From IMG/VR virus record IMGVR_UViG_3300030333_007356, positions 1-27,976 of that record: 27,976 nt of DNA; one strand, 5' to 3'. A program made the translations under genes and the position numbers. Shown in pieces: positions 1 through 7,740 of the stretch; the first letter of the stretch is position 1, and each line of letters starts with the position of its first letter. Under the pieces are notes generated by a model. The model was not told where the DNA came from. It saw only the letters and a program-made list of their open reading frames with translations, and searched no databases. This DNA comes from a virus (taxonomy: Duplodnaviria > Caudoviricetes).

Positions 1-63
1 ATTATTTTAGATGTAAATATTGGCGGGACCGTCAAAAACATAACGCTTGGAACAGCAAGTTAA
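1..63 (+). CDS. 3' end of an upstream gene (partial; ...IILDVNIGGTVKNITLGTAS*)
   Basis: Frame 1 is open from base 1 to TAA at 61-63, 13 nt before the ATG at 77 of the next gene. Confidence 0.5.
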   Translation: MILDVNIGGTVKNITLGTAS

Positions 64-76
64 CAAAATTTTAGAA

Positions 77-394
77 ATGAGTATATTAAGCAATAGAGGA
101 GAAGACCCGTCTTACCAAGTTTTAGCAGCTAACAGTATTAAAAATACTGCTTTTGTTCTAAACAAGAGACTTGTGAGATTTTATGCAGAAGCTGTTGATT
201 TGGTATGGAAAAATCCTAACGCAAGTCCACAACAGGTTTGCAATGAATTAGGAACCGATGCAAAAGAGCTTTTTGAACTTCATAAGGCTTTAGGTGAATT
301 TTTAGATGCCAATAGCCCTGATTCAATTTCTCAACACAAGTCGTTTATTGGTTCTTACACCATCAACTCTGACGGGACAGTAACTATAAATTAG
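77..394 (+). CDS. Hypothetical phage protein (~105 aa)
   Basis: ORF track 47..394. The in-frame ATG at 77 is preferred because TTG47 overlaps the upstream partial ORF. No recognisable motif. Confidence 0.7.
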   Translation: MSILSNRGEDPSYQVLAANSIKNTAFVLNKRLVRFYAEAVDLVWKNPNASPQQVCNELGTDAKELFELHKALGEFLDANSPDSISQHKSFIGSYTINSDGTVTIN

Positions 395-417
395 AAAAAT
401 ACAATTTGTCAGACACA

Positions 418-1236
418 ATGGTTGTGGACAAATTGATTTTTAATTCATCTATGCCCAGAAGTGGTTCTGAGCTGATTCAGGTTATATTGTCTCAAAACCC
501 GAAAATTTATGCATCTGCAACCTCTCCGTTGTTGGAATATCAGTTCGCAGCAAGATCACAACATTCTTTGCCAGAGGTAAAGGCTCAAGATCCCAATCTG
601 ATGGAAAGAGCTTTTCTTTCAATGTGTCAAGGCATGGCTATTGGTTATTATTCAACCATTACTGACAGACCTATAATAATTGATAAAAACAGAGGTTGGT
701 CCCACTATTTGGAGTGGGTTAATCTTTGGAACCCTAAACCTAAAATCATATGTATGGTTAGAGATTTAAGAGGCATTATGTGTAGTATGGAGAAAATTTA
801 CAGAAAAAATAAACACAAAATAAATGGCCCAGATTCTCCTCACACTATGCAGAACATGACTGTAGAGGAAAGGGTCAATCACTGGCTAAACTCTCAACCA
901 GTTGGTTTGGCTTTGAGAAGAACTTTGGACCTTTTCCAGAGAGGTGTATCTGATAATATATGTTTTGTGAGATATGAAGACTTGTGTAATCAGCCTCACA
1001 CTGTAATGAAACATATATATGAGTATATAGAGGAAGAGTATTTCCAGCACTCTTTTGACACCATTACAAAAACGGTTCACGAAGACGATTCTCATCATGG
1101 CCCATATGGTAGCCATAACATCAAAGAAAAATTGTCTAGATACAAAGAGGGCGAGTGGGAAGACGTTTTAAATAAAAATATATCACAGAAAGTTGTTGAA
1201 TCAAATATTTGGTATTATGATACTTTCTATGGTTAA
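418..1236 (+). CDS. PAPS-dependent sulfotransferase family protein
   Basis: 5'-PSB loop SMPRSGS, IDKNRGW, 3'-PB motif MVRDLRGIMCS and FVRYEDL. Start is ATG418 or TTG406. Confidence 0.88.
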   Translation: MVVDKLIFNSSMPRSGSELIQVILSQNPKIYASATSPLLEYQFAARSQHSLPEVKAQDPNLMERAFLSMCQGMAIGYYSTITDRPIIIDKNRGWSHYLEWVNLWNPKPKIICMVRDLRGIMCSMEKIYRKNKHKINGPDSPHTMQNMTVEERVNHWLNSQPVGLALRRTLDLFQRGVSDNICFVRYEDLCNQPHTVMKHIYEYIEEEYFQHSFDTITKTVHEDDSHHGPYGSHNIKEKLSRYKEGEWEDVLNKNISQKVVESNIWYYDTFYG

Positions 1237-1619
1237 TATTCAACGCTCACATCTTTATTTTCGTATGTCTTCATTTCTTCGAAGTGTTTAGCCCCGTTTC
1301 TTTCCTTGGAGTAATTTTCGAAGTATTTTTTCTTAACAGGGTCGATGCCACCGTTTTGAGCTGCTCTCTTATCGCTTAACTCTTTACTGTAGTCAAACAT
1401 GTCGCCCATTGTGCCTTTTTTCGATGCTGTGGTCTCAGCGAATTTTGCTCTATTGTTAGGATCTATATTTGTATCTATAGATGCATTTGGAGAAAGAAAA
1501 ACCCTTCTCCAGTCTTGCTCGTCACCATTGACGCCACTGTAGCAGTGTCTATCATTCATGGACTGTAGAACATCCCTGTGTTCTCCAGTTGATTCTCTTT
1601 TGTAAGTGTAAAGAGGCAT
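1233..1619 (-). CDS. FmdB-like small regulatory protein with degenerate zinc ribbon
   Basis: N-terminus MPLYTYKRESTGEHRDVLQSM resembles the FmdB-family MPxYxYxCxxCG start but lacks the cysteines. Confidence 0.6.
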   Translation of the reverse strand: MPLYTYKRESTGEHRDVLQSMNDRHCYSGVNGDEQDWRRVFLSPNASIDTNIDPNNRAKFAETTASKKGTMGDMFDYSKELSDKRAAQNGGIDPVKKKYFENYSKERNGAKHFEEMKTYENKDVSVEY

Positions 1620-1621
1620 AT

Positions 1622-1939
1622 TTATTCGACCTCAATGTTTATGGACTCTGAAACCTCTTTCTTTGGTAGAGTTACAGTCAGAAGACCGTTTTCCATTTTA
1701 GACGTAATCGAGCCAATTGACACCAAGTTCTTCATTCTAATAGAAGACCTTTTTAGTTCAGAATCTTTTTTCGCTTCAATTCTGACTGTATCATCATTAA
1801 CTGAAACCTTAACGTGTTCTTTAGAGAATCCAGCAAGCTCTAAGGTGGCTGTATAAACGTCTCCAGAATCTTTTACGCTAGCGCGTATTAAATTGCTGTC
1901 TCTTGGTTCAAAAAATTCTTCAAATAGTGTTTTTCTCAT
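1622..1939 (-). CDS. Small heat shock protein (Hsp20/alpha-crystallin domain)
   Basis: ELAGFSKEHVKVSV, SKMENGLLTVTLPK and a C-terminal I-x-I/V motif (INIEVE). Confidence 0.92.
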   Translation of the reverse strand: MRKTLFEEFFEPRDSNLIRASVKDSGDVYTATLELAGFSKEHVKVSVNDDTVRIEAKKDSELKRSSIRMKNLVSIGSITSKMENGLLTVTLPKKEVSESINIEVE

Positions 1940-1950
1940 ACTTCTATGTT

Positions 1951-1967
1951 AGCATATGTTGTTCCAG
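1951..1967 (-). promoter_or_regulatory. Putative sigma-54 (RpoN) -24/-12 promoter of hsp20
   Basis: Minus strand CTGGAACAACATATGCT has exact GG-N10-GC spacing (consensus YTGGCACG-N4-TTGCW). Predicted +1 is about 1940, next to the ATG at 1939. Confidence 0.6.
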
Positions 1968-1978
1968 TCTTATTTTGC

Positions 1979-3052
1979 TTATATATGGGAGAAAATGCCA
2001 TCAACGGTATTTGAGTAGGTCATTTTTTCTGCCAACTTTCGTCCCTCGGTGTTAATCTGTCCCGCTTTTGATTCAGCTTTCTCCATAGCGGCGATAACCT
2101 GCTCTTCTTCCCAATTATAGAAATGTCCTTGATTAAAAGATATACCTTTCTTAAAGAAGGCGTCATCATAACAATCAAACTTCCCACTTGATTCAACTAA
2201 TATGCTGTTGTTATCAGTTGCCCAATCTTTGTGAGAGGTTTCATTAAGGACAACACTCCACTTGCCAAGGCAAGTAGCATTAAACGCTGGAAGATTCCAT
2301 CCTTCACCGCCACTTAATCCAGTTAAGTCAATGTCAATTGCATTTAAAAGCTCATTAACTTCAGAGTTTTTTTCCAATCGTGGTAAAAAGTTTACATTTG
2401 TGTATCTTTTCCCCCCAAGAGTTTGTTCAAGAACTCTTTGCATCCCCTCTGGCTTGAAAAAGGGGTTGGTAACACAGCAGGTTAACTGGTATTTATTATT
2501 GTTACCATATTTTTTTAACCAAGCTTGAATGATTCTGCCTGTGTGCTTGCGCTGCTCAAATTTACCCATCAAACCAAAATGGATAACGCCTTCCAAAGCC
2601 TTCCCTTCGATGATTTTAAAATCCTCATCAAAACCTAAAGGCACAGACTCTGCATCTGTGCATCCTTTTTGTCTAAACGAGTCTCTTGAGTATGTAGAGC
2701 TGAAAATTGTTTTGGTTTGGCACTTGGCTATGTTTACCTCAACAGTTGTTGGGTCACTGCACTCGTAAAAAGTATAAAGATATTGTCGAGGGTTTTTTCT
2801 CTCCTCTGCTCCATCTAGGTGCCAAAGCTTAAGAGAGGGGATATCTTCTCCTAGATAATTATATCTATTATTAATTGAGTCTTCTATATACTTTTTAAGG
2901 CCGTCTTCAATTGTAAAAGCGGAAAGATTGACTCTCCCCCTAGTGGGGAAGAGTCCCAAGTCGATCTCTCTTTTGTAAAACTCCCTTATTAGATTCAGCG
3001 ATACATTGCCAAAACTAAGGTCGTTTATTGGAGCGTCTAGTAAGAGCTTCAT
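1979..3052 (-). CDS. GT-B fold glycosyltransferase (GT4-like)
   Basis: VPLGFD, GKFEQRKH and SGGEGWNLPAFNATCLGK, a variant of the GT4 EGFGLPxxEAxxxG motif. Confidence 0.8.
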   Translation of the reverse strand: MKLLLDAPINDLSFGNVSLNLIREFYKREIDLGLFPTRGRVNLSAFTIEDGLKKYIEDSINNRYNYLGEDIPSLKLWHLDGAEERKNPRQYLYTFYECSDPTTVEVNIAKCQTKTIFSSTYSRDSFRQKGCTDAESVPLGFDEDFKIIEGKALEGVIHFGLMGKFEQRKHTGRIIQAWLKKYGNNNKYQLTCCVTNPFFKPEGMQRVLEQTLGGKRYTNVNFLPRLEKNSEVNELLNAIDIDLTGLSGGEGWNLPAFNATCLGKWSVVLNETSHKDWATDNNSILVESSGKFDCYDDAFFKKGISFNQGHFYNWEEEQVIAAMEKAESKAGQINTEGRKLAEKMTYSNTVDGIFSHI

Positions 3053-3054
3053 TA

Positions 3055-3420
3055 CTAGAAAGGCACATCTTCAGTTGAGAAAGATTCCCCCTTGGACTCA
3101 GAGCCTTCCTCTTTTTTGCCGCCAGAGCTAATGAATTTGAACTCTTTGCCCCGAATAAAATACTTGCTGTATTTTTTCCCGTCTTTCTCCCAAGACGATT
3201 GGCAAAGTTCTCCTTGAAGAAGGATTTGACGACCCTTGCTAAGATATTCGTTAGCAATTTCTGCTTGTCTGTTCCAAAGCTCGGCATCAATGAAGCACTT
3301 GTTTTTGGAGTCCCCTTCAGAAATGCAGACTCTGATTTTGCAGACCTTACTATTATCTCTTACGTCACGGAGTTCTGGGTCTGTTACCAGATGACATGCG
3401 GTTACGATTGTATTATACAT
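3055..3420 (-). CDS. ssb: Single-stranded DNA-binding protein
   Basis: LVTDPELR, FIDAELWNRQAE, YLSKGRQILLQGEL and acidic C-terminal tail EDVPF. Confidence 0.93.
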   Translation of the reverse strand: MYNTIVTACHLVTDPELRDVRDNSKVCKIRVCISEGDSKNKCFIDAELWNRQAEIANEYLSKGRQILLQGELCQSSWEKDGKKYSKYFIRGKEFKFISSGGKKEEGSESKGESFSTEDVPF

Positions 3421-3988
3421 AATTTTTGTTTAGTTCGTTTCTAACTTTCTTAATGAATTTGTTGTGGATATTTATACACCCTTGAATGCTCATGTCAAGC
3501 TTTTCAGCTACAACTCTCCACGGAACGAGCTTATTGTTGGTTGTATTATATCGTATGTCAATGATTTTTTAAACTCTTTCGTCTTTTTCTTCATTTAACA
3601 TATTTTTAAAGAAATTAAAAGACTCTACTTTAATCAAGTGTTGGCAGCTATCTTCCTCAGATGCTGGGTCATTCTTAATGTCCTCAAAGCTTGTTTCCCT
3701 TCTTCTTTTTGCCTTACTTATGGCGTTAAGGCACTTCCATTTTGCTTCGTTAGCTAAGTATGTAGAAAATTTGCTTTTGCAATCTGGGTTGTAGTTTAAG
3801 GCTGCGATAAAAATCGTGTGATCCTTTTCCTTCATGATAGTGTCCCTATCTATCAATGAGTTTGGGTTTTTAGTGAACTGATCGACCACATACACATAAA
3901 TCCCAGAATGCCTCTCTATTAAAGAGGTTAAAGAATCTCCACCATCGCCGTTTTTTATTCTGTTTATAAGGGACAAGTCGCTTTCCAT
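3413..3988 (-). pseudogene. Sigma-70 family RNA polymerase sigma factor interrupted by one in-frame TAA at 3571-3569 (191 codons if read through)
   Basis: Region 2-like AALNYNPDCKSKFSTYLANEAKW. After ERV*, the same frame continues KIIDIRYNTTNNKLVPWRVVAEKLDMSIQGCINIHNKFIKKVRNELNKNYV*, a region 4 HTH that ends overlapping the ssb ATG. Confidence 0.8.
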
Positions 3989-4557
3989 AAATCAAGTGTT
4001 TCCTCTGTTAAGAGGCTGTTAAGTATCTCATGAGACACGGATTTTAAAATATAATCTCTGTTTTCTTTTTCAAGGTCAGCTAATGAAAACTTAAGATTAA
4101 CTGACTGTCTAAGTTTTTTATTCTCTTCTTCTTCGTATTTGTTGGCTGGATTCGCGTTTGGCCTACTTAGCATGACCGACACTCCGTTGTTGTTCTGAAT
4201 CCAATCAAGTTCGTTTGTAAACCTTAAGTCAGATATAATGTTTACCTGATCCTCTTTGAGAGAGCTTTGCAGCTTCTTGACCCAAACATCTTCATCTCTA
4301 CCTCTCATTATATCCGTTCCCCAGAAAACCAAGAAAGGTCTTATAATATCTTTCTCTTTTTTGTCTTCTGTAAAAGCGGATATACCCAACTCTCTTAATA
4401 GGAAATCATCAACTGATTGTCTTAAAGCGTTAGCAAAAGAAACTTTTTCAGCTTTTATGTTCAACTCCGCTAAAATACTGACGAGGTTGTTAGCTAAAGT
4501 ATCTTTGCCAGATCTAGCATTCCCGCCGATACCTATAATTTTCTTTTCTAAGTCCAT
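3964..4557 (-). CDS. Deoxynucleoside monophosphate kinase (phage dNMP kinase)
   Basis: P-loop GIGGNARSGKDT, SFANALR, FWGTDIMR and ISDLRFTNE. Confidence 0.88.
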   Translation of the reverse strand: MDLEKKIIGIGGNARSGKDTLANNLVSILAELNIKAEKVSFANALRQSVDDFLLRELGISAFTEDKKEKDIIRPFLVFWGTDIMRGRDEDVWVKKLQSSLKEDQVNIISDLRFTNELDWIQNNNGVSVMLSRPNANPANKYEEEENKKLRQSVNLKFSLADLEKENRDYILKSVSHEILNSLLTEETLDLWKATCPL

Positions 4558-4814
4558 TATTTAAAAACTTCGTTTATTGATTTCATCATATCAGAAGACT
4601 GTTTGTGTTTTCCCATGTTTGACAAAACTAGAGGCGTATACACAAAAAATCTATTCTCTTCATTGTCGCACTCACTCACATCAATCAGATATGGGAGACT
4701 GGAAGGATTTTCTTTTTCTAGGAAGTTTGTAGCCGCCTCTACTGGGTCTGATGCTGAACCAGTGTAAGAATAGTTTCCGAAAGTTATTTTGAAATTTTTG
4801 GATTCTTCATCCAT
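4557..4814 (-). CDS. Hypothetical protein (85 aa)
   Basis: ATG-initiated ORF coupled by a TAATG overlap to the kinase, with a promoter-like sequence directly upstream. Confidence 0.7.
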   Translation of the reverse strand: MDEESKNFKITFGNYSYTGSASDPVEAATNFLEKENPSSLPYLIDVSECDNEENRFFVYTPLVLSNMGKHKQSSDMMKSINEVFK

Positions 4815-4820
4815 GAATTG

Positions 4821-4848
4821 ATTATGGGCTATATTCCAACAAAGTCTA
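4821..4848 (-). promoter_or_regulatory. Putative sigma-70 promoter for the leftward operon (leaderless)
   Basis: Minus strand TAGACT-N16-CATAAT-N6-ATG. Confidence 0.5.
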
Positions 4849-4945
4849 GTATTTTGTGAAAAAAAATCTTCATTATTTATATACTATTTTTAACAACCAC
4901 GTTTACGCAATCAATAACTTAGAGTTCTTTTTTAGCGGTTACGCG

Positions 4946-4961
4946 ATTGATTTTAATCAAT
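4946..4961. repeat. Inverted repeat ATTGATT-tt-AATCAAT (possible operator)
   Basis: Perfect 7-bp arms. The half-site recurs at 4817-4823 and 4909-4915. Confidence 0.5.
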
Positions 4962-5085
4962 TTCCCGAAAAGCAATCAGAACACGTTCTATTATAAGAAT
5001 CTGTAAATTTTTGTCGAGAAAAAAATTCGAGAATTTTTGACTTGAGAGTGATCCAAGGGTGGGTATTGTGTAAGAATATACAGCG

Positions 5086-6057
5086 ATGATTTTTGAAGAG
5101 CAAGTATCTAGGAAACCGGACCACTACCCTTGGGCAGAGGATTTTATTGAGGCAATGCATAACGGATTTTGGACGGACAAGGAGTTTAGCTTCTCCTCTG
5201 ATTTGCAAGATTTTAAGGTGTCTCTGAATGAGCAGGAACGAGAAATAATAATCAGAACTCTTTCCGCTATCGGTCAAATAGAGGTGGCCGTAAAAAAGTT
5301 CTGGAGTAAATTGGGTGACAACCTGCCTCATCCAAGCTTAACCGATCTTGGATACGTCATGGCTAATATTGAAGTTATTCACAATAATGCCTATGAGCGT
5401 CTTTTGGAGGTTCTTGGCCTACAGGATGTTTTCGAGAAAAACCTTGAGTTAGACTTTATTGAGGGTAGGGTTAAGTATCTGCGTAAATATACACACAGGT
5501 TCTACAAGGACTCTAAAAAGCAGTATGTCTACGCTTTAATTCTTTTCACTCTTTTTGTGGAAAACGTGTCTTTGTTTTCTCAGTTCTACATTATTAACTG
5601 GTTTGCAAGAAACAAAAGCGTTCTTAAGGATACTGACCAACAAGTAAAATATACCCGCAACGAAGAAAACCTTCATGCCCTTGCAGGAATCAAGATAATC
5701 AACACGATCCGCGAGGAACACCCAGAGCTTTTCGATGAAGAGCTAGAGAACAGGATCATCCACGAAGCAGAGCAAGCTTACATCGCTGAAAGCAAGATTG
5801 TGGACTGGATGATTAATGGGATTCAAGAAAAAGGTCTTTCCGCTCCAGTTGTAAAGGAATTCATAAAAAACAGAATCAACGATTCCCTAGAAAAAATCGG
5901 CTTTTCGAAGTGTTTTGAGATTGATAATTCACTTCTGGAAGATACAATGTGGTTTGAAGAGGAACTATTGGGGAACAACGCGACAGATTTCTTTTATTCA
6001 AGACCTGTTGAGTATGCCAAAAACTCACAAACATTTGACGCGGAAGATTTATTTTAA
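5086..6057 (+). CDS. nrdB: Ribonucleotide reductase class I beta subunit (class Id-like)
   Basis: Ferritin-like ligands E66, E96/H99, E159 and E194/H197, Tyr103, Lys70, FW motif and C-terminal DFF...EY. Confidence 0.95.
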   Translation: MIFEEQVSRKPDHYPWAEDFIEAMHNGFWTDKEFSFSSDLQDFKVSLNEQEREIIIRTLSAIGQIEVAVKKFWSKLGDNLPHPSLTDLGYVMANIEVIHNNAYERLLEVLGLQDVFEKNLELDFIEGRVKYLRKYTHRFYKDSKKQYVYALILFTLFVENVSLFSQFYIINWFARNKSVLKDTDQQVKYTRNEENLHALAGIKIINTIREEHPELFDEELENRIIHEAEQAYIAESKIVDWMINGIQEKGLSAPVVKEFIKNRINDSLEKIGFSKCFEIDNSLLEDTMWFEEELLGNNATDFFYSRPVEYAKNSQTFDAEDLF

Positions 6058-7703
6058 TGAAAAAATATTATTGGCTAAACGAGGACTCAAGAAAGTTTCT
6101 TGAGAGAGGTTATCTAAGAGAAGGAGAGACACCAGAGCAAAGGATAAGGGATATAGCTGAAAAAGCTGGAGGGTATCTCGGCTTAGATGGTTTTGCCGAC
6201 AAATTCGAAGAATACATGGCCAAAGGCTACTATTCTTTGGCTAGTCCTATATGGGCAAACTTTGGTCGCGAGAGAGGTTTACCTATTTCTTGTAACGGCG
6301 TTTACGTTGCTGACGAAATGAACGCGATACTTGAAAAACAAGCTGAAGTGGGTATGCAAACAAAGCATGGTTCTGGCACTTCCGCATATTTTGGAGAACT
6401 AAGAGGTCGAGGCGCTTCAATTAAATCAGGAGGCGTTTCTTGCGGCTCGGTTCACTTCATGGAGCTTTACGATAAGGTTACCTCTGTGGTATCTCAAAGC
6501 AATGTAAGGCGTGGATCTTTTGCCGCCTACCTTCCAATTGATCATCCAGACATTTCAGAATTTTTGAGAATAAGAAGCGAGGGACATGCGATTCAAGACA
6601 TGTCTTTTGGGATTACAATCACTGACGATTGGATGGAGTCCATGATTAATGGGGACAAGGAAAAGAGAAAAGTTTGGGCGCAAGTGATAAAGAAGCGTTT
6701 CGAGAGCGGATATCCTTATTTGTTTTTTCAAGATACGGCTAATAAATCAGCCCCGAAACACTACAAAGACAAAAACCTTAAAATATATGCCAGCAACCTT
6801 TGCAATGAGATCAGCTTACCATCAAGCCCTGACGAATCGTTTGTCTGTTGTTTATCATCTTTAAACTTAGTAAATTACTCTGATTTTATAGGAACTGATG
6901 CCGTTGAGTGTCTCGTCTATTTTCTAGACGCCGTTATGCAGGAATACATTGATAAGACATCTGGCATACCATTCATGGAGGCTTCTCATAATTTTGCTAA
7001 AAACCACAGAGCTTTAGGAATGGGCGTATTAGGCTGGCACTCTTGGTTACAAAAACAAAACATAGCGTTTGAAAGCATGGAGGCAAAGGCTCTAAACGCT
7101 AAAACCTTCAAGGTAATAAAAGACAAGGCAAATAAGGCTACCAAGAACCTAGCCAGTCTTCTTGGCGAGCCAAAACACCTAAAAGGTTACGGGGTTAGAA
7201 ACGCCACCACTATGGCGATAGCCCCTACAACTAGCAGTTCATTCATTTTGGGGCAGGTGTCTCCATCAATAGAACCTCTAAACTCTAATTATTTTGTCAA
7301 AAACCTAGCAAAAGGTAAGTTTACATACAAAAACCCATATCTGGAGAAACTTTTAGAAAGTAAGGGCAAAAACAACACGAAAACTTGGAAGTCAATACTG
7401 GTCAAAGGGGGGTCTGTTCAACACCTTGATTTCTTAACAGAAGACGAGAAAAATGTTTTCAAGACATTCGGGGAAATATCTCAGAAAGAGGTTGTAATAC
7501 AGGCTTCTCAAAGACAAAAACACCTAGACCAAGGACAATCACTGAATTTAATGATTCCCCCGAAAGCCTCGCCAAAAGAGATAAACGAGCTTCTAATTTT
7601 TGGTTGGGAACAAGGGTTAAAAGGCTTCTATTATCAAAGAAGCGCAAACCCAAGCCAAGAACTTGCTAGATCTATAATGAATTGTGCTTCATGTGAAGGT
7701 TAA
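6057..7703 (+). CDS. nrdA: Ribonucleotide reductase class I alpha subunit (short, no ATP-cone)
   Basis: SPIWANFG, ISCN, SNLCNEI, AIAPTTSSS, YYQRS and C-terminal CASCEG. Confidence 0.96.
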   Translation: MKKYYWLNEDSRKFLERGYLREGETPEQRIRDIAEKAGGYLGLDGFADKFEEYMAKGYYSLASPIWANFGRERGLPISCNGVYVADEMNAILEKQAEVGMQTKHGSGTSAYFGELRGRGASIKSGGVSCGSVHFMELYDKVTSVVSQSNVRRGSFAAYLPIDHPDISEFLRIRSEGHAIQDMSFGITITDDWMESMINGDKEKRKVWAQVIKKRFESGYPYLFFQDTANKSAPKHYKDKNLKIYASNLCNEISLPSSPDESFVCCLSSLNLVNYSDFIGTDAVECLVYFLDAVMQEYIDKTSGIPFMEASHNFAKNHRALGMGVLGWHSWLQKQNIAFESMEAKALNAKTFKVIKDKANKATKNLASLLGEPKHLKGYGVRNATTMAIAPTTSSSFILGQVSPSIEPLNSNYFVKNLAKGKFTYKNPYLEKLLESKGKNNTKTWKSILVKGGSVQHLDFLTEDEKNVFKTFGEISQKEVVIQASQRQKHLDQGQSLNLMIPPKASPKEINELLIFGWEQGLKGFYYQRSANPSQELARSIMNCASCEG

Positions 7704-7740
7704 ATTTCATTTTTTTCATTTTTAAGTGTAATATTTTCAA

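Noticed and set aside
3545-3561. Perfect TTGACA and TATAAT hexamers on the minus strand just after the sigma TAA (TTGACAtacgaTATAAT)
   Set aside because: The spacer is only 5 nt, incompatible with a sigma-70 promoter, and it lies within coding sequence (IDIRYN).
3569-3571. Stop-codon reassignment (alternative genetic code)
   Set aside because: TAA, TAG and TGA all terminate well-defined genes in the window; only this one internal stop was seen.
4978-4989. AGAAC-ac-GTTCT as a LexA/SOS box
   Set aside because: The GAAC-GTTC spacing is 2 nt rather than the 4 nt of the Gram-positive box; kept only as a generic palindrome.
4861-5085. NrdR box upstream of nrdB
   Set aside because: No convincing match to the acaCwAtATaTwGtg consensus.
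4957-5331. 124-aa minus-strand ORF overlapping the nrdB start, plus the many other antisense or alternate-frame ORFs in the track (e.g. 2262..2528, 21091..21591, 27315..27521)
   Set aside because: Shadow ORFs of well-supported genes, with no motifs.
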